This document shows positions 53,875 through 64,000 of a DNA stretch of 64,000 nucleotides, piece by piece. This stretch comes from Synechococcus sp. (GTDB lineage: Bacteria > Cyanobacteriota > Cyanobacteriia > PCC-6307 > Cyanobiaceae): contig JBJBDC010000001.1 in NCBI GenBank assembly GCA_047285535.1, forward strand, positions 832,136 to 896,135, written 5' to 3'. Position numbers and translations under genes: made by a program. Below the pieces are notes generated by a model. That model made no database searches. It was not told the DNA's origin and saw nothing but the letters and a program-made list of their open reading frames with translations. The number at the start of each line of letters is the position of its first letter. The stretch's first letter is position 1.

Positions 53875-55149
53875 TTAACAATGCACCGTTGGCAATTCAT
53901 CCAAGCGCGTTGTACTCGCTCGACCTAAGCGTTCGCGACGCATCGCCCAGCCCGGATGGAGGCCACAAGCTGCCCATTGAACCGTGCCTCGTCCATAGCG
54001 TTGATTGAGGTGATCAATGGTGGCCATCAAGATCTCCCGTTTCCGCTGCTGCTCCTCAGTGCAAGGGACCCATAAGTGCTGTTGCAGTTGATCCATACCC
54101 TGCAGGTGCTGCATCAGAACGCCTGCTTTAGCCAAGGGGCGGTGGGGTTGAAAAATCCTTTTCACCAAGGGCAAGGCAGCCTCCAACAACACGCTGGTGT
54201 CGTTGCTGGGCAAGTCAAGGCGAGTGCTAGCCGCTCGGCTGTAAAACGCTGGGATAAATGGACTCGTACGCGTATAAACCGTGAGTGCCGCTGTGCGTTG
54301 ATGCTGCTGTCGTAATTTTTCAGCAGCTCGCACCACATAGGTCGCCACAGCTTCGCGCAGCTCCTCCAGGCTGGTGATTGGGCGACTGAAACTACGGCTC
54401 ACACAAGTTTCTTGTTTCGGAGATGGTTCTAGATCAAGCGGCAGGCAGGCATGACCTTGCAGTTCTCTCTGGATCCGAACGCCCACGACGCCAGCCTTGG
54501 CACGCAGACATCCGGAGGGCATGTCACGCAGCTCACGGGCATTGACAACTCCTCGCCTTCGGCACCAGAGCGCAAGCTTTCGACCAATACCCCAGACATC
54601 TTCGATCGAGATCGTTTCCAGCCAGCTATCTGGATCACGACACACTTCAAGATCAAAGAGTCCAGCATGGGCTGGCACCACCTTCGCCAGGCGGTTAGCC
54701 AACTTGGCCTGACCCTTGCTAGCGCCAAGGCCAATGGCGATCGGCAGCCCGAGATTGCGTCGCACCAAAGCCCGCAGGTGCCTTGCCCATGGATGGAGAT
54801 TTCCGTCAGACGGACGACCAAGGCGTGCAAATGCCTCATCAATGGAATAGATCTCCAGATCCTCAACCTGACGCTCCAACAGACTCATCAATCGCTGACT
54901 CATGTCGGCGTAGAAGGCGTAATTCGAGCTGCGAATCACAACATTTTGCTGTTCCAGATTGCGCTTGACCTTGAAATAGGGTGTTCCCATCGCAATCCCA
55001 AGCGCTCGTGCTTCAGCGCTACGAGCCACGATGCAGCCATCATTATTTGAGAGCACCACAACGGGACGGCCGATCAGGGCCGGATCAAGGCTCTGCTCGC
55101 AAGACGCATAAAAATTGTTGGCATCAATCAGGGCTGTGACCTGGGACAT
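53875..55149 (-). CDS. umuC: Y-family DNA polymerase V subunit UmuC
   Basis: LIDANNFYASCE, VVLSNNDGC, YSIDEAF, DVWGIG, SRSFS. Confidence 0.95.
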   Translation of the reverse strand: MSQVTALIDANNFYASCEQSLDPALIGRPVVVLSNNDGCIVARSAEARALGIAMGTPYFKVKRNLEQQNVVIRSSNYAFYADMSQRLMSLLERQVEDLEIYSIDEAFARLGRPSDGNLHPWARHLRALVRRNLGLPIAIGLGASKGQAKLANRLAKVVPAHAGLFDLEVCRDPDSWLETISIEDVWGIGRKLALWCRRRGVVNARELRDMPSGCLRAKAGVVGVRIQRELQGHACLPLDLEPSPKQETCVSRSFSRPITSLEELREAVATYVVRAAEKLRQQHQRTAALTVYTRTSPFIPAFYSRAASTRLDLPSNDTSVLLEAALPLVKRIFQPHRPLAKAGVLMQHLQGMDQLQQHLWVPCTEEQQRKREILMATIDHLNQRYGRGTVQWAACGLHPGWAMRRERLGRASTTRLDELPTVHC

Positions 55150-55165
55150 CGCGACGAATTCGGTA

Positions 55166-55627
55166 CTAAAGCGAATGGATGACGTGAATCGCGACACCCC
55201 AAATCTGCACGTCACCGCAACAACGCAAATCCAAATGGGGATAGGCAGAGTTAGCCGCTTCCAGTCGTAGGGACCCGCGATGGCGAGCAAGACGTTTAAG
55301 TGTGAAAGCGCCATCAAGGACAGCCACCACCACACGTCCGGGACAGGGCTCAAGGCTGCGATCGACCACCAGCAAGTCGCCATGATGAATGCCTGCACCA
55401 GTCATGGAATCGCCGCTGACACGCAGAAAGAAGGTGCTGCTTGGATGGCGAATCAGTTGTTCATTGAGATCAATCCCAACATCGATGTAGTCGTCAGCAG
55501 GAGATGGAAAACCGGCAGCCACCTGTTCGCTAGCCAGAGGGAGGCTGAGTCGTTGGCACTGCACCCGCAGAGGCTGAGGCGAGTGCAGCGAGATGCAATC
55601 AAATCTCACGAAAGCGAACCCCGACAA
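55166..55627 (-). CDS. umuD: SOS mutagenesis protein UmuD (S24 peptidase)
   Basis: VAAGFPSPA, VSGDSM, FTLKRL, IWGVAIHVIH. Confidence 0.95.
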   Translation of the reverse strand: MSGFAFVRFDCISLHSPQPLRVQCQRLSLPLASEQVAAGFPSPADDYIDVGIDLNEQLIRHPSSTFFLRVSGDSMTGAGIHHGDLLVVDRSLEPCPGRVVVAVLDGAFTLKRLARHRGSLRLEAANSAYPHLDLRCCGDVQIWGVAIHVIHSL

Positions 55628-55635
55628 CCACTTAA

Positions 55636-55651
55636 TAGTACAAATAAACCA
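55636..55651. promoter_or_regulatory. Possible LexA box upstream of umuD (one good half-site)
   Basis: TAGTACA-aa-TAAACCA. Confidence 0.4.
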
Positions 55652-55698
55652 TCAGGTGCGCTGCTGCGGCCATGGCGCGTGACATGGAAGCCCAAGCT

Positions 55699-55866
55699 CT
55701 AGCCAGGCAAGCCTTCAAACGCGGCTTCATGCTGCCATTGCTGCCGTTGACGAATCACGCGTCGGAAAACGAACAGCCCATCTCTAGGGACACTCATCCA
55801 TTGATTCAGCCATTCCGATGCATCTTCAAAGCAAAATCTTGCCACTCGCAAAATCCTGCCAATCAT
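55699..55866 (-). CDS. Small hypothetical protein
   Basis: MIGRILRVARFCFEDASEWLNQW... between the GAF gene and umuD. Confidence 0.45.
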   Translation of the reverse strand: MIGRILRVARFCFEDASEWLNQWMSVPRDGLFVFRRVIRQRQQWQHEAAFEGLPG

Positions 55867-55873
55867 CACGTCG

Positions 55874-56608
55874 TTACTGCAATGCCTTGGCTTTCTCCTG
55901 TTCTTCTGCGCCCCAGACCTCGAGGACATCTGGAAAATGCTCTTCCATACAGGAATCGCAAATACCATGACTGAAATTTAAATTAGTACGTTTAGACAAA
56001 TACCGATCAAGATGCGACCAATGGCCATCATTATCTCTTGCCTTCCTACAATAAGAACAGGTTGAAATAATACCTCCGACATTGTCGAGTGAGCAGTAAG
56101 ATTCAATTAAATTGATGGATCTTTTCCTTAACTCGAGAAACGCAACGACTTGCCTGGACAAAGCCTGCATAATACTGAATTGCTTATCCGTAAGACCATG
56201 AGGCTCTCTATCAATCACACAGAGAGTTCCAATTCTATGGTTACTATCATTTTGAAGAGGGAAACCAGCATACAACCTAATTTTCGGCTCTCCCTTCACC
56301 AAAGGATTATCAAAAAATCGATCGTCATTCAAAGCATCTTCAACGATTAGAGGCTCTGAGGAGTGAATCGCATGGGCGCAGAATGACCAATCTCTAACCG
56401 TCTCTTTAGCCTCAATACCAACTTTTGCTTTAAACCATTGCCGATTCGAATCAACAAGACTCAGCAATGCGATGGGCGTTTCACATGTAAGTGACGCAAT
56501 TTTAGTTATATCATCAAAACTCTCTTCAGGCTTTGTACCAAGAATTCTATATTCACTAAGAGCCTTCAGCCTTTCTGACTCATTCAAAGGAATCTCGGGC
56601 TTTTTCAA
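55874..56608 (-). CDS. GAF-domain protein with C-terminal CxxC...HGICxxC module
   Basis: NESERLKALSEYRILGT, SFCAHAI, DDRFFDNPLV, IGTLCVID; TCSYCRK...FSHGICDSC. Confidence 0.88.
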   Translation of the reverse strand: MKKPEIPLNESERLKALSEYRILGTKPEESFDDITKIASLTCETPIALLSLVDSNRQWFKAKVGIEAKETVRDWSFCAHAIHSSEPLIVEDALNDDRFFDNPLVKGEPKIRLYAGFPLQNDSNHRIGTLCVIDREPHGLTDKQFSIMQALSRQVVAFLELRKRSINLIESYCSLDNVGGIISTCSYCRKARDNDGHWSHLDRYLSKRTNLNFSHGICDSCMEEHFPDVLEVWGAEEQEKAKALQ

Positions 56609-56986
56609 GTAAGAAACTCAGGCCTAAGCGAATTGTGAGGACAAAGCGAGCGAAATAAGAGCAAGAAACACAAAAGGTAACAAAAGCCAACCCGTATTGT
56701 TTACACTTTTACCTGTAACAAAAGAATCAATGGAGAATGCTTGTGATCAAAAAACCACTGATTAAGCTGACAACCTAAGGGTTGACGAGGCTGAGGCAAG
56801 ATGGGTTCATTCTAGGATTATCAATAGAGAATGGATGCCTTCTGAAATAACAAAAGTTGAGTTACAGATCCTGCGAAACCAGTTGCAACCGATCAAACTT
56901 AATTCTCAGAAGGGTGTAACAGTTACAAAGTCGAGGATGCGATCTTGAATCGATCAGGATGATTCTCTCACTGAAAGCCGTTGCTG

Positions 56987-57403
56987 ATGGCCAACTCTCC
57001 CTATCTCCTAGCACTAGCCCTGTTTGAGCAGAACGGAAAAAGGGCGATGCCCCTCGCTGGAAGATCCCTGCCGCCTGAAACGACACAGGATGAAGCGGGC
57101 GTTCCTGTACGAATCGCCCAGGAACTGGCGTTGGAACTACTGCTCCGCGTCTGGCAACGCAGTGAAGACGGGGCTTTGCAACGCAGAGCGGGGCCAGCAA
57201 GCTTGCTCATCGTTGAATTAGCAATGGAACACTTACCCGAAGACTTACCTGTCCTTAAAGCGGCCTGGCTCTCAACAGGCGATAGCGACGCCTTTCAGGC
57301 GGGACTGCTGGCCATTGCCTCGAAGTGCTGGACCGTGAGCATCGCCAAATTCGAGCCAATAACATTTAGCGCGCTTGAAGCTGGGACTCCAAACCAAAAG
57401 TGA
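56987..57403 (+). CDS. Conserved picocyanobacterial hypothetical protein
   Basis: PYLLALALFEQNGKRAMPLAGRS...LELLLRVWQRS. Confidence 0.75.
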   Translation: MANSPYLLALALFEQNGKRAMPLAGRSLPPETTQDEAGVPVRIAQELALELLLRVWQRSEDGALQRRAGPASLLIVELAMEHLPEDLPVLKAAWLSTGDSDAFQAGLLAIASKCWTVSIAKFEPITFSALEAGTPNQK

Positions 57404-58214
57404 GAGCATGAAAATGGACATTCGCACAATCAAAAGTTCAAAATTGCCAACTCAGGAATAGTTGTGAGAAATTCTGCTCATCCAATAACACTTGTCTCCT
57501 GCTGATCAGCAGCCAAGTAAATACCGTCTCGAGGACACGTCTCGGCACCAGCTTGTGGATCAAAAATAAAATACCCCGACTCCTCTTCGGCGAGTTTGCG
57601 ATAAAAAAACGAAGAAACGGGACTGTTCAGTCGCCCCTTTGAATCTCCAAGGCAGGGAGACTGGAGTCGTTTGCATCAAGCCAGATCTGGCTTAAATACT
57701 TTTAAGATGTCGATTCTCATGGCGTGGTCCACACTCAAAGACAGTACAAACATCATGAATCAGAATTTTCGCTCCGGCCATAATCAGTTCAGGCCTAAAA
57801 TTAAACAACGATTGCAATCATTGAACCCAAGCCTAAGAACAATGACATCATTTGGCTTACAACTGTGTAAAACAATAAGCAAGTGATATCTGACATTAAA
57901 ACGATGATCGCCTCCATCATTAACAGCTCCAGAGGATCATCCGTCACTGATGATCCTGAATTCAAGGCTTGTTCAATCACACTCCTGGACTGATGGTCAG
58001 GGCTGATTCCATTGAGTTGATGCTCGAGACGATTGGGCCAGTCTGTTCGCAATGGCAACCGACCACGACCAGCAGGTGCCATGCCCCTTGAGTTGGGTTC
58101 TGCAAAGCACAGAATGAGTCTGGGCTCTGGCCAAGACTGGTCTCAACCAAGACCTGAGCCTTGATCGGCAGAAGGCATGGTGAGTAGAAATACAGCAATC
58201 CCGAATGTCCTGTC

Positions 58215-58649
58215 TCAAGCTCGGTGGTAAGGACTTCCTTGGTGGATGGATTGGGCGCGAAACAGTTGCTCCATCAAAAGCAGTCTTGCCAGCTCATGAG
58301 GAAAAGTCATCGGCGAGAGGCTGAGCTTCCAACGAGCCAGAGCCTTCAGCTCTGCAGTCACCCCATTCGCTCCACCAATCACGAAGGCAAGGCGCTGAGA
58401 TCCCAGGCTGCGCAACCGCTCAGCAAAGGCCATTGAGGTCATCGTTTCACCCTGCTCCATCAGAATCACAGGCCATTCATCAGATCGCAAGGCCTGGCCG
58501 ATCGCTTCAGATTCCTTCTCCGAACTGGTGTCACGCAACTCGGTGATCGTCAGTCCGGGAAGACGTTTGCGATAAAGCTCGATGCCTTCCTGGACCCAAG
58601 TCTTTCGCACTTTGCCGATGGCAATGATGCGGCAACGGGAAGGATTCAT
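58215..58649 (-). CDS. rlmH: 23S rRNA m3Psi1915 methyltransferase
   Basis: [38 protein letters not shown]...GSPYHR. Confidence 0.95.
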   Translation of the reverse strand: MNPSRCRIIAIGKVRKTWVQEGIELYRKRLPGLTITELRDTSSEKESEAIGQALRSDEWPVILMEQGETMTSMAFAERLRSLGSQRLAFVIGGANGVTAELKALARWKLSLSPMTFPHELARLLLMEQLFRAQSIHQGSPYHRA

Positions 58650-58682
58650 CCCTGACGATCAAAAAGCTGATTGACGTTGAAA

Positions 58683-59102
58683 TCAGATTTCGTCATCTTC
58701 CAGAAGCAGCTGCCCAAAGGCCACATACAAGGATTCTTCTTCACTCCCAGCAGCCACATCGGGTCGAGAAGGGCGGGTGGTTTTTCCTTGGCCGCCGCGA
58801 GGCGGTTGCTCAGAAAGAGGTTTGGCCAACGAAGGGGGCTCAACTGTTGCTTTCCTCTGAGCAGCAACATCGCGCTCAGCCTGTTTTAGACGAGCCATCA
58901 AATGCTCTGGCACCGTGCCATCACGACTGGCTTTCATCAGCTCCTGAAACAACCGTTCAGGGTTGTCTTCCGTTTCAACAGGATGACGCTTTTCAGACGC
59001 CTTGCTAGGGCGAACGGATTTCTGCTCCGGTGCCGCAATGGGCTCAGGCAACGTACGGCCCAACTCCTTGAGGCGCTCCAGGCTGCGAGGATCAAAGCTC
59101 AT
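58683..59102 (-). CDS. Conserved hypothetical protein
   Basis: [27 protein letters not shown]; co-oriented with its neighbours. Confidence 0.75.
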   Translation of the reverse strand: MSFDPRSLERLKELGRTLPEPIAAPEQKSVRPSKASEKRHPVETEDNPERLFQELMKASRDGTVPEHLMARLKQAERDVAAQRKATVEPPSLAKPLSEQPPRGGQGKTTRPSRPDVAAGSEEESLYVAFGQLLLEDDEI

Positions 59103-59578
59103 GAGCAACCTAGGGTTTCGCGAGTTTCTCTACCAGTCACTGGATTCGTACCTTCGGCATTGGCGCAAAGGGCCTTGAGCGCATCGGCGCGTAAAGGCAC
59201 ATTGGTGAAATCAGCACCTTCTACAATGGCATTGACGAAACGCGTGTTGAAAGCAAACGCGTTCTCAAGAACGGCATTGGTGAGATTGGTTCCATCGAAG
59301 ACTGCCGAATCAAGCGTGGCATCGCGGAGATTGCTGTCACTCAGATTGGCGTCCTGAAGTTTGGCACCATAAAGACTGGCACCCTGTAGATCACTGCCGG
59401 ACAGATCGGCATCACGAAGGTTCGTAAGATTGAATGTGACACCTTGCATCTCCCGATTTGAAAAATCGGCGCCAATCAACACCTGCTTGGCGTAATCCAT
59501 GGCAGCCAAGGCCGGGTCCACAGGTAAAGCCATCATGACCAAAAGTGCCATCAGCGGTGCCAACAAGCGCAAACGCAT
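59099..59578 (-). CDS. Secreted/lumenal pentapeptide-repeat protein
   Basis: A(D/N)LSG-type repeats; [17 protein letters not shown]-terminus. Confidence 0.92.
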   Translation of the reverse strand: MRLRLLAPLMALLVMMALPVDPALAAMDYAKQVLIGADFSNREMQGVTFNLTNLRDADLSGSDLQGASLYGAKLQDANLSDSNLRDATLDSAVFDGTNLTNAVLENAFAFNTRFVNAIVEGADFTNVPLRADALKALCANAEGTNPVTGRETRETLGCS

Positions 59579-59603
59579 CGGGAGTAGAGATCGCTGATTC
59601 AGC

Positions 59604-60218
59604 CTAGGACTTTGAGATCCGTTTGTTTGATCCAACTTTGATGGCTTCTTCCAAGCTGTTCAGGCGGTCTTCCCTTGCTCCCCAAAGTTCAATCAACTGT
59701 GGTGGGTTCTCTTTTGGCATCACATCAAAACGTTGATGCCGATAAATCTGCTTAAAAATAGCATCAACTTCATCACGATAAGGCAGATCAACAGGGCGAA
59801 TTCCATCATCTTCCATGGCTACTGGCCATTGAGTTGTAATGGGCAGAAAAACCAATACATCGAGTTGCTGAAGAGAATTACGAACTCGTGAGGCCAAAGA
59901 TTCTACGAAAGCATCATCAATATCGGTGGTTCCATGATCGGCAGTGTATTGCGAATAAGCGACATAATCAACAGGGCATCGATCAAAAATAACGCAATTA
60001 TTCTCTTGCCAATAAGCCAGAATTCTACTGATATTGTAATACATTTGAATCCCATTATGCAGCCTAGAACTCTCTTGACGAAAGCGAATATCATATCCTT
60101 CTCTATCAAGGACGCGAAAAGGCTCTTCCTCCAAAATATAATCGGGATGACGCTGAATCCAGTCACGTACGAATGTGCTTTTCCCCTGTGAATGCGTACC
60201 AGTAATAGCTATTCGCAT
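59604..60218 (-). CDS. P-loop ATPase (AAA_28/NadR-like)
   Basis: [31 protein letters not shown]. Confidence 0.8.
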   Translation of the reverse strand: MRIAITGTHSQGKSTFVRDWIQRHPDYILEEEPFRVLDREGYDIRFRQESSRLHNGIQMYYNISRILAYWQENNCVIFDRCPVDYVAYSQYTADHGTTDIDDAFVESLASRVRNSLQQLDVLVFLPITTQWPVAMEDDGIRPVDLPYRDEVDAIFKQIYRHQRFDVMPKENPPQLIELWGAREDRLNSLEEAIKVGSNKRISKS

Positions 60219-60312
60219 ACAATTCTCCAGCTTTTTAATCTTTATAGCGTTCGACCATTGATGAGGAAAGTAAGTCTAGGGGGAACACTTCAGAGCAAGT
60301 ACTGAGAGTTTT

Positions 60313-60705
60313 ATGTCTGGATCCCAAGTTCAAGGAGCAAAGGCAGAGCAGCATGTCAAACGAATCTTGATCGCTCAAGGTTGGCGGTTGCTGGAAGAGA
60401 ATTGGCGATGTCGTTACGGCGAAATTGATCTCCTTTTAACGAAAGGGACCCCGAGGAAGCGCCGAATACTGGTTGTTGAAGTCAAAGCTAGACACCATGC
60501 AGGATTGGATGGCTGGGGTACGGGCGCATTCAATAGCGCCAAGCGCAAATGCTTGGCAAGAAGCGTGGTCTGCTGGCAGGCAGCCAATCCATCGATTAGG
60601 GACAGTCATTGCATCGTGGTACTGGCATTAGTGGCGCTTCCACTTCACAGCCGCGCCGTGCGCTGGATCAACATCGAAGAACTTGATGGCACTAGGTACT
60701 CATGA
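60313..60705 (+). CDS. yraN: YraN family (UPF0102) protein
   Basis: GAKAE...NWRCRYGEIDLL...VEVKAR. Confidence 0.88.
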   Translation: MSGSQVQGAKAEQHVKRILIAQGWRLLEENWRCRYGEIDLLLTKGTPRKRRILVVEVKARHHAGLDGWGTGAFNSAKRKCLARSVVCWQAANPSIRDSHCIVVLALVALPLHSRAVRWINIEELDGTRYS

Positions 60706-60714
60706 GATTGCCCA

Positions 60715-61320
60715 TTATTTAATGAGCAAAGCCTTGATCAACGGCAGCGCAGCAACGACTCCGTGGCGAGGGTTGGTGATGACAAGCAACGCAGCAGAGC
60801 GAAGCGGACGAATAAAGGTGAGTTCTCCTGGAATCATCTGAAACAGCATTTGTTGCATAATCTGCAATCGATTTCGACCACGCTCTTTGACATCACGACG
60901 GAGCCTGCGAATCATGCGCAGCACTAATGGTTCTTCTAGATAGAAAAAGGCATTGATCAAGCCGGCCTCAAGCAAATCTTGAGGCCCATAGGCTCCTTCC
61001 AGCAAGACCAGCTGATAATTTTGATTCAGTGTTTTGCGAGCAACTGCTCGTGTACGCATGTCATAGGTGCGCAAGCTTTTGGCCGAGCCTTGCCTGACAT
61101 GCCCTAAATCAGCTCGCAGTGCATCGGTGTCAATGGCATCCACCGTGTCGAATCCAAACAGTGGATGGGGGTGCCAGTTTTGGCGGTAATAGTTGTCGCA
61201 GCACATCACGAGCACCTGAATATCGAGGGCTAGAAGGGCTTCTGCAAGTTGCATGGTGAAGCTGGTTTTACCAACAGCGGAAGGTCCCCCGATGCAGACC
61301 ACAGGTCGACGAACATTCAA
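60715..61320 (-). CDS. Uridine kinase-like P-loop kinase
   Basis: IGGPSAVGKT, DNYY, LLEG, RRLRRDVKERGR. Confidence 0.8.
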   Translation of the reverse strand: MNVRRPVVCIGGPSAVGKTSFTMQLAEALLALDIQVLVMCCDNYYRQNWHPHPLFGFDTVDAIDTDALRADLGHVRQGSAKSLRTYDMRTRAVARKTLNQNYQLVLLEGAYGPQDLLEAGLINAFFYLEEPLVLRMIRRLRRDVKERGRNRLQIMQQMLFQMIPGELTFIRPLRSAALLVITNPRHGVVAALPLIKALLIK

Positions 61321-62597
61321 GCGATCAGTCCGTTGAGAGTCATCCTGTAGAGATGTCGATGGTTCTATTCAAACGAGTGAGGCACCTCTGGTCTACCGGC
61401 CAAGGAAGAAAATGACCTGGACAGAACAACCAGCTCCGCTGATTCATCCTCTAGATGACTAAGCACAGGTCAAATAAAGGAGTCATAATGCTTTCAGATG
61501 TGCTCATGACTGGAATGGGGTCGAAACTGGAGTCCTACGCCTGAAATCAGGCAAGACTGCTACAAGAGCCACATTGTTATCTGTTATCCGGCTGCAAAAC
61601 ACCAGAAAACGTGAGCTATAAGTTCTTGACACGGATTGTGCGCATTCACTCCCTCTTATAGCAATTTGCAATGCACCTTAGACACTGAAGAAAAGACAAT
61701 AACAAGGCAGTTTTCATGCCCCAACAAAACGCATTTAATGCATTAAATTCATTAAGAAGCGCCCTACCCAATGCAACAGTTTAACAAGTTATTTCGATAA
61801 AGCAACCAACAAAATACAACCTCAGATCACAGAATGAACATCAATGAAAGAACGGTTTGGCGCAGACATCAAAAATACCATCGAGGGCATCAAATCCTCC
61901 ATACTAAATCTACAAACAAGTGTCAAACCCAGTGACCAATACATCCTTGGATAAGCAGGCATTGTAGCAGATGACTACAGAGCCCAACCTCCATCCGAAA
62001 TCTAAAAATTTTTTCGCGTCACCAAGCGCGTCAGAACCAATGGCAAAGAAGCATTCTCATCCTCCCAACCCTCTGAATAGCCATTACTATTAAAAAACTT
62101 TTTCACCAGATGCAAACCGAAATGCCTCAACACAGCCAAAAGGACACAAGCCAAAAGTGAAGCAAATTACAGCCCGTTAAACCGATCAAGGTTGAATCCG
62201 TACGCGAAACAATTCATCATCTCAAAAACGAGTAACGAGATGAAATGGCAACCTGGAAACCTGCCATTCTCAATCTGAGCAGCACAAAAGGTTTTACATC
62301 AAAACTTTTAAACCAAAAAATCACCACGTCATAAATAATCCTGTGCAGTGCTTTCAGCAGTCTGAATAGAATCAATCTCCAGGATCGCAAACAAGAAGCC
62401 TGAGCCCAGAATGGAACCATTCGGCCAGAAACAATAGCAAAGCTTATATCCAATCTTTTATTGCTAGTCCAGAGTCAAAACCAATTATCCCAACACTTTA
62501 GAAGTATTTTAAATCATACAGGTGGAGAATTTCAGACAGAAATAATAACAACAAATTTTGGCTTAATTAAAATCACAAGCAAGGGGATTAAGTGGCA

Positions 62598-63095
62598 CTA
62601 ACTTTCAAGGAGGCTCCTCAACATCCAGGCCGTCTTCTCATGAATCTGAAGGCGTTGAGTCAGCAGATCGGCTGTGGGTTCATCATTCGCGGCTTCTGCC
62701 AATGAAAAAACGCTACGGGCTGTACGGGCGACCGCTTCGTGACCTGTCACCAATTCACGCACCATGTCGAGGGCGGCTGGCTGCTGTTTGCCTGCTTCTT
62801 GAATGGAAGCCAGGCTTGCCAATGTCGCTCCACCATGCGGCGCGACCACGCCCAAGGCACGAATTCGTTCTGCAATCTCATCCAGCGCGTTCCATAGCTC
62901 AGTGTATTGACCCATAAACATTTGGTGGAGCGTGTTGAACATCGGCCCAGTCACGTTCCAGTGGAAACCGTGTGTTTTGCCATAAAGCACATAGGTATCT
63001 GCCAACAGGCGACTGAGACCAGCAGCGATCTCTTCACGCTGTGCGTCCGGAATACCGATATCGATGGCTGGCACACCGGATTTTGCTGTGGTCAT
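62598..63095 (-). CDS. dps: Dps / DNA starvation protection ferritin-like protein
   Basis: [37 protein letters not shown]. Confidence 0.96.
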   Translation of the reverse strand: MTTAKSGVPAIDIGIPDAQREEIAAGLSRLLADTYVLYGKTHGFHWNVTGPMFNTLHQMFMGQYTELWNALDEIAERIRALGVVAPHGGATLASLASIQEAGKQQPAALDMVRELVTGHEAVARTARSVFSLAEAANDEPTADLLTQRLQIHEKTAWMLRSLLES

Positions 63096-63406
63096 GGAAT
63101 AGAACTAAAACCAATGAGCTTGGTCTATTGCTGCAGTGCTGAGAGCAAAAGGTGGGCTAACCGTAATCAGAGGTTCGGTTCAGGACCTGTTCTGCCTTTT
63201 CTTCCTGTCCATCCGAGCGCTAATGGGGAGATGGGTCAATGTCCGCAAGATTTTTAAATCAGAAGCAATCAGCCGTTTTGGCGTCCAAAAAGAAAGGACA
63301 TCCCTCAGCAAGCATGTCCTATCAACTTTTTTCTCTCATCCCATCAGCCACGAACACCAAGGCTGAATCTGTCATTGGTTCACAGTAAAAGAACGCTTGA
63401 CAAGTG

Positions 63407-64000
63407 ATGACGTTTTCAGGCCACAGACCACGCAAGCGTTTTGGACAGCACTGGCTGAAAGATGAACGAGTGCTCGATCGCATCCTTCAGGCTGCAGAGC
63501 TCCACGAGGGTGATCGTGTTTTGGAAGTAGGGCCCGGTCGTGGGGCTCTCACCGAACGTCTGATGGCTTCACCGGCAGCGGCAATCCATGCCGTGGAACT
63601 TGATCGCGACCTGGTGGCTGGACTTCAGGAGCGATTTGGAAGCAGTCCGCGTTTCTCGCTGCAGCAAGGAGACGTGCTTTCAGTCCCACTGGAACTCATC
63701 GATGGAACAGCAGCGTCAAAGGTAGTGGCCAACATCCCTTACAACATCACCGGTCCCCTATTGGATCGTCTGATCGGACGACTGGATCGTCCTGTCGAAC
63801 CGTCATACCAACGTCTCGTCTTGCTCGTGCAGCAGGAGGTCGCTGATCGGATACGCGCTCGCCCTGGGCATCGAAATTACAGTGCTCTGAGTGTACGCAT
63901 GCAGTTATTAGGGCGATGCAGCCACGTCTGTCCTGTACCACCTCGCTGCTTTCAACCGCCTCCAAAGGTGCAGTCAGAAGTGATCTGCATCGAGCCATTT
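63407..64000 (+). CDS. rsmA: 16S rRNA dimethyltransferase (3'-truncated; missing from the ORF track)
   Basis: RPRKRFGQHWL, LEVGPGRGALT, VELDRDL, VVANIPYNIT, FQPPPKVQSEV. Confidence 0.95.
   Translation, partial: MTFSGHRPRKRFGQHWLKDERVLDRILQAAELHEGDRVLEVGPGRGALTERLMASPAAAIHAVELDRDLVAGLQERFGSSPRFSLQQGDVLSVPLELIDGTAASKVVANIPYNITGPLLDRLIGRLDRPVEPSYQRLVLLVQQEVADRIRARPGHRNYSALSVRMQLLGRCSHVCPVPPRCFQPPPKVQSEVICIEPF

Noticed and set aside
57420..58210. Gene remnants between the hypothetical gene and rlmH
   Set aside because: Fragments look protein-like, but I could not support any family assignment.
61330..62590. Long AT-rich gap next to dps as ncRNA or origin
   Set aside because: I saw no convincing repeats, DnaA-box cluster or structured RNA.
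63747..63998. Minus-strand 83-aa ORF
   Set aside because: Antisense shadow of rsmA.

Overview
This window looks like a marine Synechococcus-type picocyanobacterial chromosome, judged from gene content (Som-type porins, PAM68, DUF1350/DUF1816, ptrA, unsplit dnaE). The core backbone (acs, bcp, msrA, trpD-carA-STAS-mrnC-rlmB, gatA, dnaE, rpsO, ruvA, dnaG, umuDC, rlmH, dps, rsmA) is interrupted by visibly AT-richer accessory patches. The largest patch (~4.3-20.4 kb) ends at a tyrosine integrase beside tRNA-Pro(GGG). It holds a phosphate-stress cluster (pstS, gap-arsJ, ptrA, a PhoB-like regulator with a degenerate receiver, a porin) with Pho boxes, several orphan secreted proteins and a perfect 42-bp tandem repeat. 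Two signals stand out. (1) An unannotated ~70-nt Yfr1/Yfr10-like small RNA candidate at 37857-37928 (-) carries two UCCUCACAC seeds and lies divergent from a porin gene; both porin genes have the complementary GTGTGAGG at their ribosome-binding sites. (2) The two porin genes share a ~97% identical 435-bp 5' cassette in inverted orientation 26 kb apart, fused to highly divergent barrels. All calls were made by eye, with no database searches.
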